32,000 nt of DNA from an uncultured bacterium (GTDB lineage Bacteria > Margulisbacteria > WOR-1 > CAVSGV01): positions 1,380,001 to 1,412,000 of the forward strand of contig OY969425.1 of NCBI GenBank assembly GCA_963699255.1. Direction: 5' to 3'. A program made the position numbers and the translations under genes. The first letter of the stretch is position 1. Each line of letters starts with the position of its first letter. The notes below the pieces were generated by a model, which was not told where the DNA came from, made no database searches, and saw only the letters and a program-made list of their open reading frames with translations. This document shows, piece by piece, positions 7,766 through 16,203 of the stretch.

Positions 7766-9577
7766 TCAGAACTTGAACAACTCTTTGGCTTTTTTCTCCA
7801 GATCTTCTTTTGCTTTTTGTTCGGCTTTCTGCTTTTGACTGTCAATCTCTTTTTGAGCGGCCGTTACCGCTTCTTTCTTTTTGTTTTCTATCATCTTTTC
7901 GACCGGTTTTCCGAGTTTCGGTATAGGGATAGGCTTCTTAAGGGAGCCGGTCATCTCAAAATCAAGGGAGTACCAGCCGCTCTCATCCTTGAAAGCGTCG
8001 TATTCAGAAGAGACTTTATTTTTTGCCGGATTGAGCTTTAATGAAAGATCGTTGCCCTTAATGAATGCGAGGCTTCCGATGTTCGCGCTTCCGTTAAACG
8101 CAAGCTTGATGTCCCCCTTATCCCCGTTGTTAAGGTCGAGCTTGCTCAGCGTTACGACCTTGTCCGCGATCGAGAAGTTGGATTTGAATTCCTTGAACTC
8201 AATGTCTTCCTGAAGGGTTTTAAGCCCTATCTTTTCGCCGATCGCCGAAAGAGAGTTCAGCTTGGAAACCCTGCCGTTCGCTAGCAAAAAACTTCCCTTT
8301 CCTTTCGCGTTGGCTATGATATCGGGGGTTTCTATGCCCCGCCCGGCAAGCGTTATGTTAAAGCCCAGAGTGCCGTGCAGCTTATCCTTCAGCTCATTGT
8401 AGTCGGGAAGTTTTGTCAGGAACGAACCTATCATGTCGTTCGAGGCGGGCGTAGCGTCAAAACCCTTTGCGACGGCATTGATTGAGTAGCCGACGCCGCT
8501 CACTTTCAGGTCGACGGCCGCATCACCCTTTACGGTGCCACCGTAAGCTTTTAGCTCCTGCAGAACGATGTTCATGACCTTGTTCGACATCGTCCCCTTA
8601 AGGGCAAGCGAATCAAGCTTCATTTCCTTGTAGAGAATATTGTTCAGGTCAACATTGGCATCAAGCTTTATATTCGCCGGGATCGATTTCATTGTCCTGT
8701 TTATATTCGCAGTAAGCTGTCCGTAAGGCGCTGGTTTTTTCGTGCCAGTTCCCGAAACTATCGCCAGGAACTTGTCGGTATCGAGCTTCTTTGACGAAGC
8801 GTTCAGCTTGATCTTTGGCGCCTTGTCGAATTCGGAAACATCAACGTTAAATGATATCTTTTCCCCCGCGGCCGTTATGTCAAAATTCGAGGCTTTCGCC
8901 AGGGACTTGTTCATGTCCAACATTATATCTCCGCTCAAAGAGATCGGAACAGGCTTACCTTCATACAGACCCATAACGCTTACATTTAAATGTATCGGCT
9001 TCTTTGTAACGAGTGAAATCCCCGATATATTTACGTTCAGCTCTTTTAGCTGGCTGACCTTTCCGGCCTGATCAAGGGTAAGTTTACCGTTCACTATCGA
9101 GAATTTCGACACCATTATCGACACGGCCTCTTTCTTTTTTGCCGCTGTCTTAGGCGCCGCAGGTTTCTTTGCGCCCACAAGGTCGCCGTAATTTGAGGTG
9201 CCGTTCGCCCTCATCTCGACAAGGATCTCGGGGTTAACAAGTACGACCTTGTCTATGGCGACCGTGCCGCTTAGAAGTTTCCAGAGATCGTATTTAAGCT
9301 CAATGCTGCCCGCGGATATGAATGGCTTCGCCGCAAATCCCAACCTGTTGCTGACCGACAGGTCCTTTAGTTCTATGCCTGTAAAGATGTTGAACGATAC
9401 TTTGCCGATCTTCACGTTCCTGTGTATCGTTTCCGAAGCTTTCTGAGCAGCCATATCCTTTATCTTGTCCAGCGGAAGGAAGTAGGGGAGCGCTATTGCA
9501 GCAATTATTATAAGTATAATAAGAACTCCCAGAACGATCCCGAACCACTTTAGAGCTTTTTTTAAACCGCTTAACAT
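7766..9577 (-). CDS. AsmA family protein (outer-membrane biogenesis)
   Basis: 603-aa ORF with an AAGGAGG RBS. It has a single N-terminal TM, then a long beta-rich region with the AsmA-like N-terminus (LPYFLPLDKIKDMAAQKASETIHRNVKIGKVSFNIFTGIELKDLSVSN) and a Lys/Glu-rich tail. Confidence 0.75.
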   Translation of the reverse strand: MLSGLKKALKWFGIVLGVLIILIIIAAIALPYFLPLDKIKDMAAQKASETIHRNVKIGKVSFNIFTGIELKDLSVSNRLGFAAKPFISAGSIELKYDLWKLLSGTVAIDKVVLVNPEILVEMRANGTSNYGDLVGAKKPAAPKTAAKKKEAVSIMVSKFSIVNGKLTLDQAGKVSQLKELNVNISGISLVTKKPIHLNVSVMGLYEGKPVPISLSGDIMLDMNKSLAKASNFDITAAGEKISFNVDVSEFDKAPKIKLNASSKKLDTDKFLAIVSGTGTKKPAPYGQLTANINRTMKSIPANIKLDANVDLNNILYKEMKLDSLALKGTMSNKVMNIVLQELKAYGGTVKGDAAVDLKVSGVGYSINAVAKGFDATPASNDMIGSFLTKLPDYNELKDKLHGTLGFNITLAGRGIETPDIIANAKGKGSFLLANGRVSKLNSLSAIGEKIGLKTLQEDIEFKEFKSNFSIADKVVTLSKLDLNNGDKGDIKLAFNGSANIGSLAFIKGNDLSLKLNPAKNKVSSEYDAFKDESGWYSLDFEMTGSLKKPIPIPKLGKPVEKMIENKKKEAVTAAQKEIDSQKQKAEQKAKEDLEKKAKELFKF

Positions 9578-9604
9578 ATCCTTGCCTCCTTACCTCATCC
9601 CTAG

Positions 9605-9629
9605 CCCTTCCCCATGAAATGGAGAAGGG
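9605..9629 (-). other. stable hairpin (10-bp stem) without a U-tract
   Basis: CCCTTCCCCATGAAATGGAGAAGGG is self-complementary with one G-U pair. It lies between yqeY and the asmA-like gene. Confidence 0.3.
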
Positions 9630-9652
9630 AACCTTTACTCCAGTTACGTTTC

Positions 9653-9676
9653 CTCTCTCCTATTTATAGGAGAGAG
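9653..9676 (-). other. perfect 10-bp hairpin just after the yqeY stop (terminator or processing site?)
   Basis: CTCTCTCCTA-TTTA-TAGGAGAGAG. No U-tract follows on either strand. Confidence 0.35.
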
Positions 9677-9677
9677 T

Positions 9678-10130
9678 CTAGGAGTGAGGTTCATTTTTTA
9701 GAGCTTCGGACACGATCCTGCTGACGATGGACCCGTCCACATTCAAACCCTTACCCATCACGGCTTTCATGACCTTTCCGGTGTCCTTTGCCGATGTTGC
9801 GCCGACCTCTGCGATGATCTTGGCGACAACCTCCCTGACTTCCGACTCGGACATCATCTTTGGCAAATATTCTTCGACGATCTTCAGCTCGCCTTCCAGC
9901 TTCGCGACGGCTTCGGGTCTATTGACCTTTTTTGTTTCCATAATAGCGTCTTTCAGGCTTTTCGCGTATTTTTGGAGGATCTTTGTGATCTCGGCATCCG
10001 CAAGATCTCCCCTTGCGTTCACATTAAGGATCTTTGACTTCATCATTCGTATGACATCGAGCCTGGAGGCGTCCCTTGCCTTCATCGCGGCAGACAGGTC
10101 GTCATTTATCTTCTTGAACAGTTCAGCCAT
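9678..10130 (-). CDS. yqeY: GatB/YqeY domain protein
   Basis: 150-aa ORF with an AAGGGGGA RBS. The N-terminus ...INDDLSAAMKARDASRLDVIRMMKSKILN matches the YqeY family pattern. Confidence 0.85.
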   Translation of the reverse strand: MAELFKKINDDLSAAMKARDASRLDVIRMMKSKILNVNARGDLADAEITKILQKYAKSLKDAIMETKKVNRPEAVAKLEGELKIVEEYLPKMMSESEVREVVAKIIAEVGATSAKDTGKVMKAVMGKGLNVDGSIVSRIVSEALKNEPHS

Positions 10131-10160
10131 ATATAATCCCCCTTCGATATCAATTACATT

Positions 10161-10189
10161 AGTATATTTAAAAACCCAGGCGCTGTAAA
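10161..10189 (-). promoter_or_regulatory. candidate promoter for yqeY
   Basis: The coding strand reads TTTACA-N17-TATACT, about 30 nt upstream of the ATG. Confidence 0.35.
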
Positions 10190-10213
10190 GTTGTTTGTAA
10201 GGAATTCCGAAGA

Positions 10214-10241
10214 TTGACAGACCATATCACAGTTGTATAAT
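10214..10241 (+). promoter_or_regulatory. consensus sigma70 promoter for the small membrane protein gene
   Basis: TTGACA-N16-TATAAT with TG just 5' of the -10. The RBS GGAGGTG and the ATG at 10263 follow. Confidence 0.5.
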
Positions 10242-10262
10242 AAAAAATCCGGAGGTGAAATA

Positions 10263-10442
10263 ATGACCAAATATCAGATCCTTGTATTAGGTTTGCTTAT
10301 CGCAGGGATTTTATCCGCCTTATTAGAGGTTGTGTCTGTAAGCGGTAAAGGGATGATGTTCCAGCTCCACAGGGTATTTGCCGTGCTCACTTTGCTGGCG
10401 ATACTACTTTTAGGGTACAGGGCTTTCTTTTTGATCAGATAG
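10263..10442 (+). CDS. hypothetical small membrane protein (59 aa, 2 TM)
   Basis: ATG 7 nt after GGAGGTG. The TTG at 10233 in the ORF track lies inside the promoter, so it is not used. There are two hydrophobic helices and a terminator downstream. Confidence 0.6.
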   Translation: MTKYQILVLGLLIAGILSALLEVVSVSGKGMMFQLHRVFAVLTLLAILLLGYRAFFLIR

Positions 10443-10455
10443 TTACAATGTCATT

Positions 10456-10497
10456 AAGGCCATTATGGCCGGTAAGGCTATAATGGCCTTTTTATTA
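10456..10497 (+). terminator. rho-independent terminator
   Basis: Perfect 11-bp stem AAGGCCATTAT / ATAATGGCCTT running into a T-run (TTTTTATTATT). Confidence 0.65.
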
Positions 10498-10499
10498 TT

Positions 10500-11069
10500 A
10501 TGTTAAAAAAATGGAAACTATATAAGGAAGATCTAAGAATAAAGAACAGGGTCATGTTCCATGTCGTTGACTGGATCGAGTCGATCCTTGTCGCCCTGGT
10601 ACTGGCGCTCATTATCAGACAGTTCGCCTTCCAGACGTCGGAAGTACTCTCCGGATCGATGATTCCTACGCTTCTAGTTAAAGACCGCGTCATTGTTAAC
10701 AAACTTGTCTACAGGTATTACGGGAAGATGGAAAGGGGAGACGTTGTCCTTTTCAAATCTACCATACCGCCGCAGAGGGATTTTATCAAGAGATTGATCG
10801 GACTTCCCGGCGAGACCATTAGGGTCCGTGGCGGAATTGTGCTTATAGACGGCAAGGCGATCGATCAAAGCAAGTGGAACATAATCTGGGACAACTCAAA
10901 TTTCGGGCCGTTCAAAATACCTGATAACTCATACTTCTTCCTTGGCGATAACAGGCCGGACAGCTATGACAGCAGGTTCTGGGGAGCGGTGCCGCGGGCC
11001 AATATCATAGGAAAAGCCGATCTGCTGATATGGCCGCCCTGGCGCATCCATCTTTTTACTTCAAAGTAA
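10500..11069 (+). CDS. lepB: signal peptidase I
   Basis: 189-aa ORF with an N-terminal TM, the catalytic Ser block SGSMIPTL, the Lys block DFIKRLIGLPGE, and GDNRPDSYDSRFWG. Confidence 0.9.
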   Translation: MLKKWKLYKEDLRIKNRVMFHVVDWIESILVALVLALIIRQFAFQTSEVLSGSMIPTLLVKDRVIVNKLVYRYYGKMERGDVVLFKSTIPPQRDFIKRLIGLPGETIRVRGGIVLIDGKAIDQSKWNIIWDNSNFGPFKIPDNSYFFLGDNRPDSYDSRFWGAVPRANIIGKADLLIWPPWRIHLFTSK

Positions 11070-11122
11070 CAAACTTAACCTCAAAGAAAAGCATTTAACG
11101 GACATAAGCCCGAACACCAGAG

Positions 11123-12112
11123 TTACCTCAGTCTGACCACAAGAAAATAAGCACATGCGGAGATCACGGCAGCACAGGGGATCGTAAGTATCCATGCCCA
11201 GATTATAGCGCCGGCAACTCCCCAGTGTACGGCGTTCTTCCGTTGAATGGAACCGACCCCCATGATGGAAGCGGTGATCGTATGAGTGGTGCTCACTGGA
11301 ATTCCAAGCGCTGATGAGGCGAAAAGCGTCATGGCAGCGCCGGTTTCCGCGCAGAATCCGTCCACCGGCTTCAGTTTTGCGACTCTCTGTCCCATTGTTT
11401 TTACGATGCGCCATCCGCCGAACATCGTTCCCAGGGCAATGGCAGCATGACAGGAAATCACGATCCAGAATGGGATATGGAAAGTTTTGCCTAAAAGTCC
11501 GGCGCTGAAGAGAAGGCTCGCGATAATACCCATTGTTTTCTGCGCGTCATTGCCTCCATGGCCCATGCTGTAAAAAGCCGCGGAGACCAGCTGGCCCTTC
11601 CTGAAAAATTGATCCACCCTGCTGGGCGTACTGTTCCTGAAAAGAGAATATATGAACCTTCCGAACAGCGAACCCAGAAGAAGGCCCACGATAGGCGATA
11701 TAAAAATGAACGAAACCGTTTTTAGGATACCCGGCCAGAGAAGAGGGACGGTTCCGGCTTTAACGAGAGCGGCCCCTATCAATCCGCCGATCAGTGCGTG
11801 AGAAGAGCTTGTGGGCAGGGCCAGATACCATGTTATAAGGTCCCAGGCGCAGGCCCCGGCAAGAGCCCCGAAAACGACATACTTATCTATGATATTTATA
11901 TCGACTATTCCCTTGCCTATCGTGCCGGCAACGGTGAGGCCAAAGAAAAGGAAAGCGACGAAATTGAAGAACGCGGCCCAGACGACCGCATAGCGCGGTG
12001 ACAGGACACGCGTGGAAACTACCGTTGCTATTGAATTCGCGGAATCATGGAAGCCATTAAGGAAATCAAAAGAGAGAGCGAGAAGGATCAGGATCAATAT
12101 GCCAATGGTCAT
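11123..12112 (-). CDS. pit: inorganic phosphate transporter, PiT family
   Basis: 329-aa polytopic ORF with the GFHDSANSIAT signature near the N-terminus and GGNDAQK in the second half. Confidence 0.9.
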   Translation of the reverse strand: MTIGILILILLALSFDFLNGFHDSANSIATVVSTRVLSPRYAVVWAAFFNFVAFLFFGLTVAGTIGKGIVDINIIDKYVVFGALAGACAWDLITWYLALPTSSSHALIGGLIGAALVKAGTVPLLWPGILKTVSFIFISPIVGLLLGSLFGRFIYSLFRNSTPSRVDQFFRKGQLVSAAFYSMGHGGNDAQKTMGIIASLLFSAGLLGKTFHIPFWIVISCHAAIALGTMFGGWRIVKTMGQRVAKLKPVDGFCAETGAAMTLFASSALGIPVSTTHTITASIMGVGSIQRKNAVHWGVAGAIIWAWILTIPCAAVISACAYFLVVRLR

Positions 12113-12130
12113 TTAGACACCCCGGCTGCG

Positions 12131-12715
12131 CTAAGCATTCTTTACGACGATGCCCTCCACGGTATCGGCTACGTCCTCGCACATGTCTATGGCGGATTCA
12201 AGGTGATCGTAGATGTCGTTCCACTTTATTATTTCAACGGCGTCCTTGCCGTCGGAGAAAAGTTCGGCGATCGCGGCTTTGTGCAGCAGGTCGCCTTCGT
12301 TTTCCAGCCGGTTTATCTCAACGCAGTAATCCAGCGTCCGCCTCGAACGCTTTGGGTCCTTGAGGCTATTCACGGCTTTTCCCAATATCTCTATGGCCGC
12401 AATAAGGACCTCCGTCAGTTTCAGGGTTTCGGGTGTCGGTTTTTTTATCTTGTAGAGCTGGAGGCGGTCCGCGGTGGCAAGTATGTAATCGAGTACATCA
12501 TCAACTTCGCTGGTGAGCTGATGAATATCTTCCCTGTCTATCGGGGTAATGAACGTCCTGTTCAGCTTGTCGAAGATCTCGTGGGTAAGTATGTCCCCCT
12601 CATGCTCTAAGTCTTTTATGTTCTTGATCTTCTGTTCAATATTCGTGTAATCGTTAAGAAGGTCCTTGAAAGCCTGTCCGGCCTTGATGAGATTGTTCGA
12701 GGCGCGCTCGAACAT
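12131..12715 (-). CDS. DUF47 (PhoU-like) phosphate-transport accessory protein; the true N-terminus is apparently frame-shifted
   Basis: 194-aa ORF adjacent to pit (the usual pairing). An ATG at 12753 with RBS GAAAGG opens MFSFFPRDEN in another frame, which looks like the real N-terminus. Confidence 0.85.
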   Translation of the reverse strand: MFERASNNLIKAGQAFKDLLNDYTNIEQKIKNIKDLEHEGDILTHEIFDKLNRTFITPIDREDIHQLTSEVDDVLDYILATADRLQLYKIKKPTPETLKLTEVLIAAIEILGKAVNSLKDPKRSRRTLDYCVEINRLENEGDLLHKAAIAELFSDGKDAVEIIKWNDIYDHLESAIDMCEDVADTVEGIVVKNA

Positions 12716-12791
12716 TTCAAAGAATTTTCGTCCCTGGGAAAGAAGCTGAACATGGTTAACCTTTCAAAAGTTCTTATCTTAAATCAAGTAA

Positions 12792-12820
12792 ATTTTACAC
12801 GGAATTTCGGGCTAAAGCAA
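12792..12820 (-). promoter_or_regulatory. sigma70-like promoter for the DUF47-pit operon
   Basis: The coding strand reads TTGCTT-N17-TAAAAT, 38 nt upstream of the ATG at 12753. Confidence 0.45.
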
Positions 12821-12861
12821 GTTGATAATAAATGAAAGGCAAGATGTTAGATGAGAAAAAC

Positions 12862-12944
12862 TGGAGAGGGCTGGATTCGAACCAGCGAAGGCATAAGCCG
12901 TCTGATTTACAGTCAGATGCATTTGGCCACTTTGCTACCTCTCC
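12862..12944 (-). tRNA. tRNA-Tyr (anticodon GTA), long variable arm
   Basis: 83-nt hand fold: acceptor GGAGAGG/CCTCTCC, anticodon arm TCTGA-CTGTAAA-TCAGA, variable arm CGGCTTATGCCTTC, T arm GCTGG-TTCGAAT-CCAGC. No CCA is encoded. Confidence 0.9.
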
Positions 12945-13000
12945 GGACCAGACTGTCAGATTATCAGTATATCAGATAATCAGGAACACATTCAGTTAAA

Positions 13001-13029
13001 ATTATACGATAGGGGACGATCAAAATCAA
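13001..13029 (-). promoter_or_regulatory. candidate promoter for tRNA-Tyr
   Basis: The coding strand reads TTGATT-N17-TATAAT, about 56 nt upstream of the tRNA 5' end. The leader contains the small inverted repeat GATTATC...GATAATC. Confidence 0.4.
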
Positions 13030-13035
13030 ATTAGG

Positions 13036-13680
13036 CTATTTTATTGCTACGTAGAATAAGATCGCGATGAAATGGCACGCCGCACCAAGCAGAACAAGGG
13101 TGTGCCAGAGCTCGTGATATCCGAATTTCGGATGGACATTCGGCTTTTTTATCGTGTAGATCACCCCGCCGATCGTGTATATCACGCCGCCTATGACGAG
13201 CCACATCATTCCGCCCGCGGGCATGGCCTGGAAGAGCGGCCTTAAAGCGATCACAACAAGCCAGCCCATAAGAACATATATAAGCGTCGTAAGCCAACGC
13301 CACACGTCAATATACACGGATTGAACGACAATGCCGAATACCGCCATTCCCCATATAAGCCCGAATATGGTCCATCCCCAGGGACCTCGAAGCGTGTTCA
13401 GGCAAAAAGGAGTGTATGTCCCCGCTATCAGTAAATATATCGCGAGGTGGTCAAGCTTCCGGAAGATCTGGTATCTGCCGCCGGCCGATTGAGGAAGCCA
13501 GTGATAAAGCGTTCCGAATAGGAAAAGAATGAAAAGGCTGCCTCCATATATCGAGAAAGAAACGATCTTCCATACGGAGCCGCTTCCAAGCACGAGGAGG
13601 ATCACAAGCGCGGGGATCGAAAGGACAGCGCCGATAAAATGAAGAAAGCCTGCAACAGGTTCTTTTAACATGATCTTCAT
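13036..13680 (-). CDS. hemolysin III family (PAQR) membrane protein
   Basis: 214-aa 7-TM ORF with LDHLAIYLLIAGTYTPF and the C-terminal HELWHTLVLLGAACHF motif. Confidence 0.85.
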   Translation of the reverse strand: MKIMLKEPVAGFLHFIGAVLSIPALVILLVLGSGSVWKIVSFSIYGGSLFILFLFGTLYHWLPQSAGGRYQIFRKLDHLAIYLLIAGTYTPFCLNTLRGPWGWTIFGLIWGMAVFGIVVQSVYIDVWRWLTTLIYVLMGWLVVIALRPLFQAMPAGGMMWLVIGGVIYTIGGVIYTIKKPNVHPKFGYHELWHTLVLLGAACHFIAILFYVAIK

Positions 13681-15377
13681 AATATCTTCCAGACCTGCGC
13701 CCCGTCATTGACGTAGATCAACCTGTATTTCCATGGCTTTTTCTCAAGGGCTTCTTTCTTGTAGGCATTGTCGTACACCACTTTGCTTCCGATGTAAACA
13801 TAATCGGCCTTCAGGCCCACGGGCTTTTCTTCGATCGATTGTTCGGTCAAGAGCTGGAAACTGTGAGGATTCGTTATCCTTCTTCCGATAATTGCCGGGA
13901 TCCAAAGCCCAGCATCACCATAGTTGTTGGCAAAAACAGAACTTCTGCTTATGGTATTGTCGATCCATTTAAAGGCGCTCAAGTCCGCCTGCGTTACCGA
14001 GCACATTGAAACTGAATTATAAACATAAAAAACCGTATAAAAGGTGACCCCAACGGCTATCAAGGCGACCGATAATGCACCATTTCGGAATGCATTTGTT
14101 TTTGCTAAAGGAGCCACAAAGACGGAAAAAGGTATTATCATTAAAAGTGCTACGCGGCCCGGATATAATAGATAAGAAAAAGGAATAAGCCAGAACCTGT
14201 AATTGATGATAAGCAGGCATATAACAAGTGCTACTAACGCAAAAACAAAGAACTCTTTTGATCTTTCCTTCCACGAGACAAAGAAGCCGTAAACCGACAT
14301 GATAATAAAAGGGATTCCGGCGATCAGATCATATATAACAGATTTGATGTCAAAGTTCTGCCAGCCCCTTGCGTACTCGATCGCAGATTTTGTGATTGTC
14401 AATTTCGCGCTCATCAAGCAAGGTGAAAGGAAGATCAGCACACATGCGACTAACTGAAATGCCGTTGTCATGCCATAGTTGCGCTTATTTATGAAGAACA
14501 TGTAGTAAACAGCGATTATTATTCCGCCCGCCAGGAAAATTATCGGATGGGTAAGGTAAGCTGCGGCAAGCGCGAGAGAAGCAAAGATCATATTCATCAG
14601 TTCCTTTTCTTTTTTTATTTCAATTATAAGGGCAAAAGCCAGGATCAAAAAGAAAAGGGCTAATACTGTCGGGTTACCTCCCCACCGGATGATCCATTGA
14701 GGGCTCCTCGTAAGAAAACTTGTTAGAACGGATGAAAGCATCGCGGTTTTCTTATCGAAAAAATTCAAAAGGAACACGTATAGTCCGAAGGTTATCAGCG
14801 CGTGGGAGATGCATGATAAGAACAGGGCGGCTTTGAAAACAAGCACCCTGCCCAAAAGAGAGATCAATGCGACCAGGACGGGAAATCCGGATGGATACGC
14901 GCCGAAATTGGATACGGGAAGCAGCGGTTCGTATGTATCGGGGATCTTATCGTTATCGAATATCAGCCTCGCGATGTAGGAATGCATGCTCATGTCCGCC
15001 CCTGCCGGGGCCTGTTGGAGAAGAACGGGCACCAGTCTTAGTAGCGTCACGATCAAAAGGAGGAGAAGGATGGCCGCCTCATTTTTTTCGATGTTCAAAA
15101 AGATCTTTGCAACATTCTTGTAATTGAAGGCTGCGATCAGAACCGAAAGAATGAACACCGCGTAAACCGAACCCAGCAAAGAAATGCCAAAAGGCTTGAT
15201 CAGCCACGGGAAAACAATGAAAAAGGAAAGGGAAAATCCGATGCAGCGGACAACGATCTCAGACAATCCTTTTTTGCTGAAGGACCTTGAAAGGACGAGC
15301 AGTATCCCGGGTAAAACAAATAAAAAAACCGGCATTTGTCGGTAATTATACATCATTATATGCGTGGAAACAGCCAT
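13677..15377 (-). CDS. large polytopic membrane protein, GT-C-like putative glycosyltransferase
   Basis: 566-aa ORF with more than 10 hydrophobic helices and a ~110-aa C-terminal soluble domain. It overlaps the hemolysin-III gene by 4 nt. The functional call is by architecture and context only. Confidence 0.45.
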   Translation of the reverse strand: MAVSTHIMMYNYRQMPVFLFVLPGILLVLSRSFSKKGLSEIVVRCIGFSLSFFIVFPWLIKPFGISLLGSVYAVFILSVLIAAFNYKNVAKIFLNIEKNEAAILLLLLIVTLLRLVPVLLQQAPAGADMSMHSYIARLIFDNDKIPDTYEPLLPVSNFGAYPSGFPVLVALISLLGRVLVFKAALFLSCISHALITFGLYVFLLNFFDKKTAMLSSVLTSFLTRSPQWIIRWGGNPTVLALFFLILAFALIIEIKKEKELMNMIFASLALAAAYLTHPIIFLAGGIIIAVYYMFFINKRNYGMTTAFQLVACVLIFLSPCLMSAKLTITKSAIEYARGWQNFDIKSVIYDLIAGIPFIIMSVYGFFVSWKERSKEFFVFALVALVICLLIINYRFWLIPFSYLLYPGRVALLMIIPFSVFVAPLAKTNAFRNGALSVALIAVGVTFYTVFYVYNSVSMCSVTQADLSAFKWIDNTISRSSVFANNYGDAGLWIPAIIGRRITNPHSFQLLTEQSIEEKPVGLKADYVYIGSKVVYDNAYKKEALEKKPWKYRLIYVNDGAQVWKIL

Positions 15378-15413
15378 GACATCATGAACGAACCCGGCTT
15401 TTCTGCTTGCCTG

Positions 15414-16121
15414 TTATGACTGGGCGATTATCAGGATGGATTGCCCGAACGGCAACCGGATGAAGTTTTCGATCAGGGATACTACCGGCACGATGAACTT
15501 ATCGTAAAAAAGTATCCTCTTCTCTGCGGGGCTTTTAGCCCTTAGGACCCTGCTGTACAGGAACCAGCTGAAGGCGCCCGTGAAGTTCACATATCTGCTT
15601 TTGACTATCTTGAAGCCAGCCTCATGTAACATGAGCTCCAGTTCCTTTTTGTTGTATCTTCTATAATGCCCGAGCTCTTTATCAAGGGTCCCGTATATGG
15701 CGTTGAGCGCCGGCACGAACAATATGAATTTACCGCCGGACTTCATGATCCCGTGAATATTTCGCACGACTTTTTTGTCATCTTCAATGTGTTCCAGGAC
15801 GTTCAGGCATATAACGGTGTCAATTCCCTTTTCCCGGACCATGTTCAATAGCTCAGGGGCATTAATATCAGACTTGAAGATCTCGATGTTCTTGTCCTTC
15901 GAGAACTCCGCCGTTAAGTAGTTATAACACTCCTCCGAGGGCTCAACGGCGGCGACATATTCCCTGTTGCTGATGAAGCTTATGAACGTCCCATACCCGC
16001 TGCCGATGTCCAGGACCCTTTTGCCAACGAAATCTTTGTACATGCTGAAAACCCAATTGTTGTAATTGGTCGTCTTGGTCATATACGGCAGCCATGATGT
16101 GTGGGCCGATGGTTTGTTCAT
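15414..16121 (-). CDS. class I SAM-dependent methyltransferase
   Basis: Motif I VLDIGSGYGTF, then DTVICLNVLEHIEDD. I prefer the start at the ATG at 16121, which is preceded by AAAGGAGAG. The track start at 16157 lies inside a TGTATAAT box. Confidence 0.75.
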   Translation of the reverse strand: MNKPSAHTSWLPYMTKTTNYNNWVFSMYKDFVGKRVLDIGSGYGTFISFISNREYVAAVEPSEECYNYLTAEFSKDKNIEIFKSDINAPELLNMVREKGIDTVICLNVLEHIEDDKKVVRNIHGIMKSGGKFILFVPALNAIYGTLDKELGHYRRYNKKELELMLHEAGFKIVKSRYVNFTGAFSWFLYSRVLRAKSPAEKRILFYDKFIVPVVSLIENFIRLPFGQSILIIAQS

Positions 16122-16145
16122 GCTCTCTCCTTTGTTTCCGGCAAT

Positions 16146-16174
16146 ATTATACATCAAGGGCAGCTTATTATGAA
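16146..16174 (-). promoter_or_regulatory. candidate promoter for the methyltransferase gene
   Basis: The coding strand reads TTCATA-N17-TATAAT (preceded by TG), 24 nt upstream of the ATG at 16121, with an SD in between. Confidence 0.35.
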
Positions 16175-16196
16175 ATCGAGCGATTTGTTGTATAAT
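16168..16196 (+). promoter_or_regulatory. candidate promoter, leaderless-type spacing to the ATG at 16204
   Basis: TTATGA-N17-TATAAT (TG just 5'). Only 7 nt (TGGAGCG) separate the -10 from the ATG. Confidence 0.35.
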
Positions 16197-16203
16197 TGGA
16201 GCG

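Noticed and set aside
9727-10188. 153-aa plus-strand ORF antisense to yqeY.
   Set aside because: It is a shadow ORF with a Ser/Phe/Ile-rich, nonsense-like product. The yqeY call on the minus strand has an RBS and family motifs.
10233-10262. TTG start at 10233 for the small membrane protein, as in the ORF track.
   Set aside because: This stretch is the TATAAT box and the GGAGGTG RBS. The ATG at 10263 sits at canonical distance from the RBS.
11061-11414. 117-aa minus-strand ORF overlapping the 3' part of the PiT gene in another frame.
   Set aside because: It is nested in a well-supported transporter gene. Its product is Arg/His-rich, and there are no independent signals.
12047-12610. 187-aa plus-strand ORF antisense to the DUF47 gene.
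   Set aside because: It is a shadow ORF of a confidently identified gene. It has no RBS, and its product has no recognisable features.
12862-13035. The glycosylation island as a tRNA-Tyr-targeted integrative element.
   Set aside because: No integrase, excisionase or transposase ORF occurs anywhere in the window. I did not spot a duplicated tRNA 3' segment (att-like direct repeat) at the far end near 29.9 kb. Mobility is therefore unsupported, although a proper repeat search was not possible by eye.
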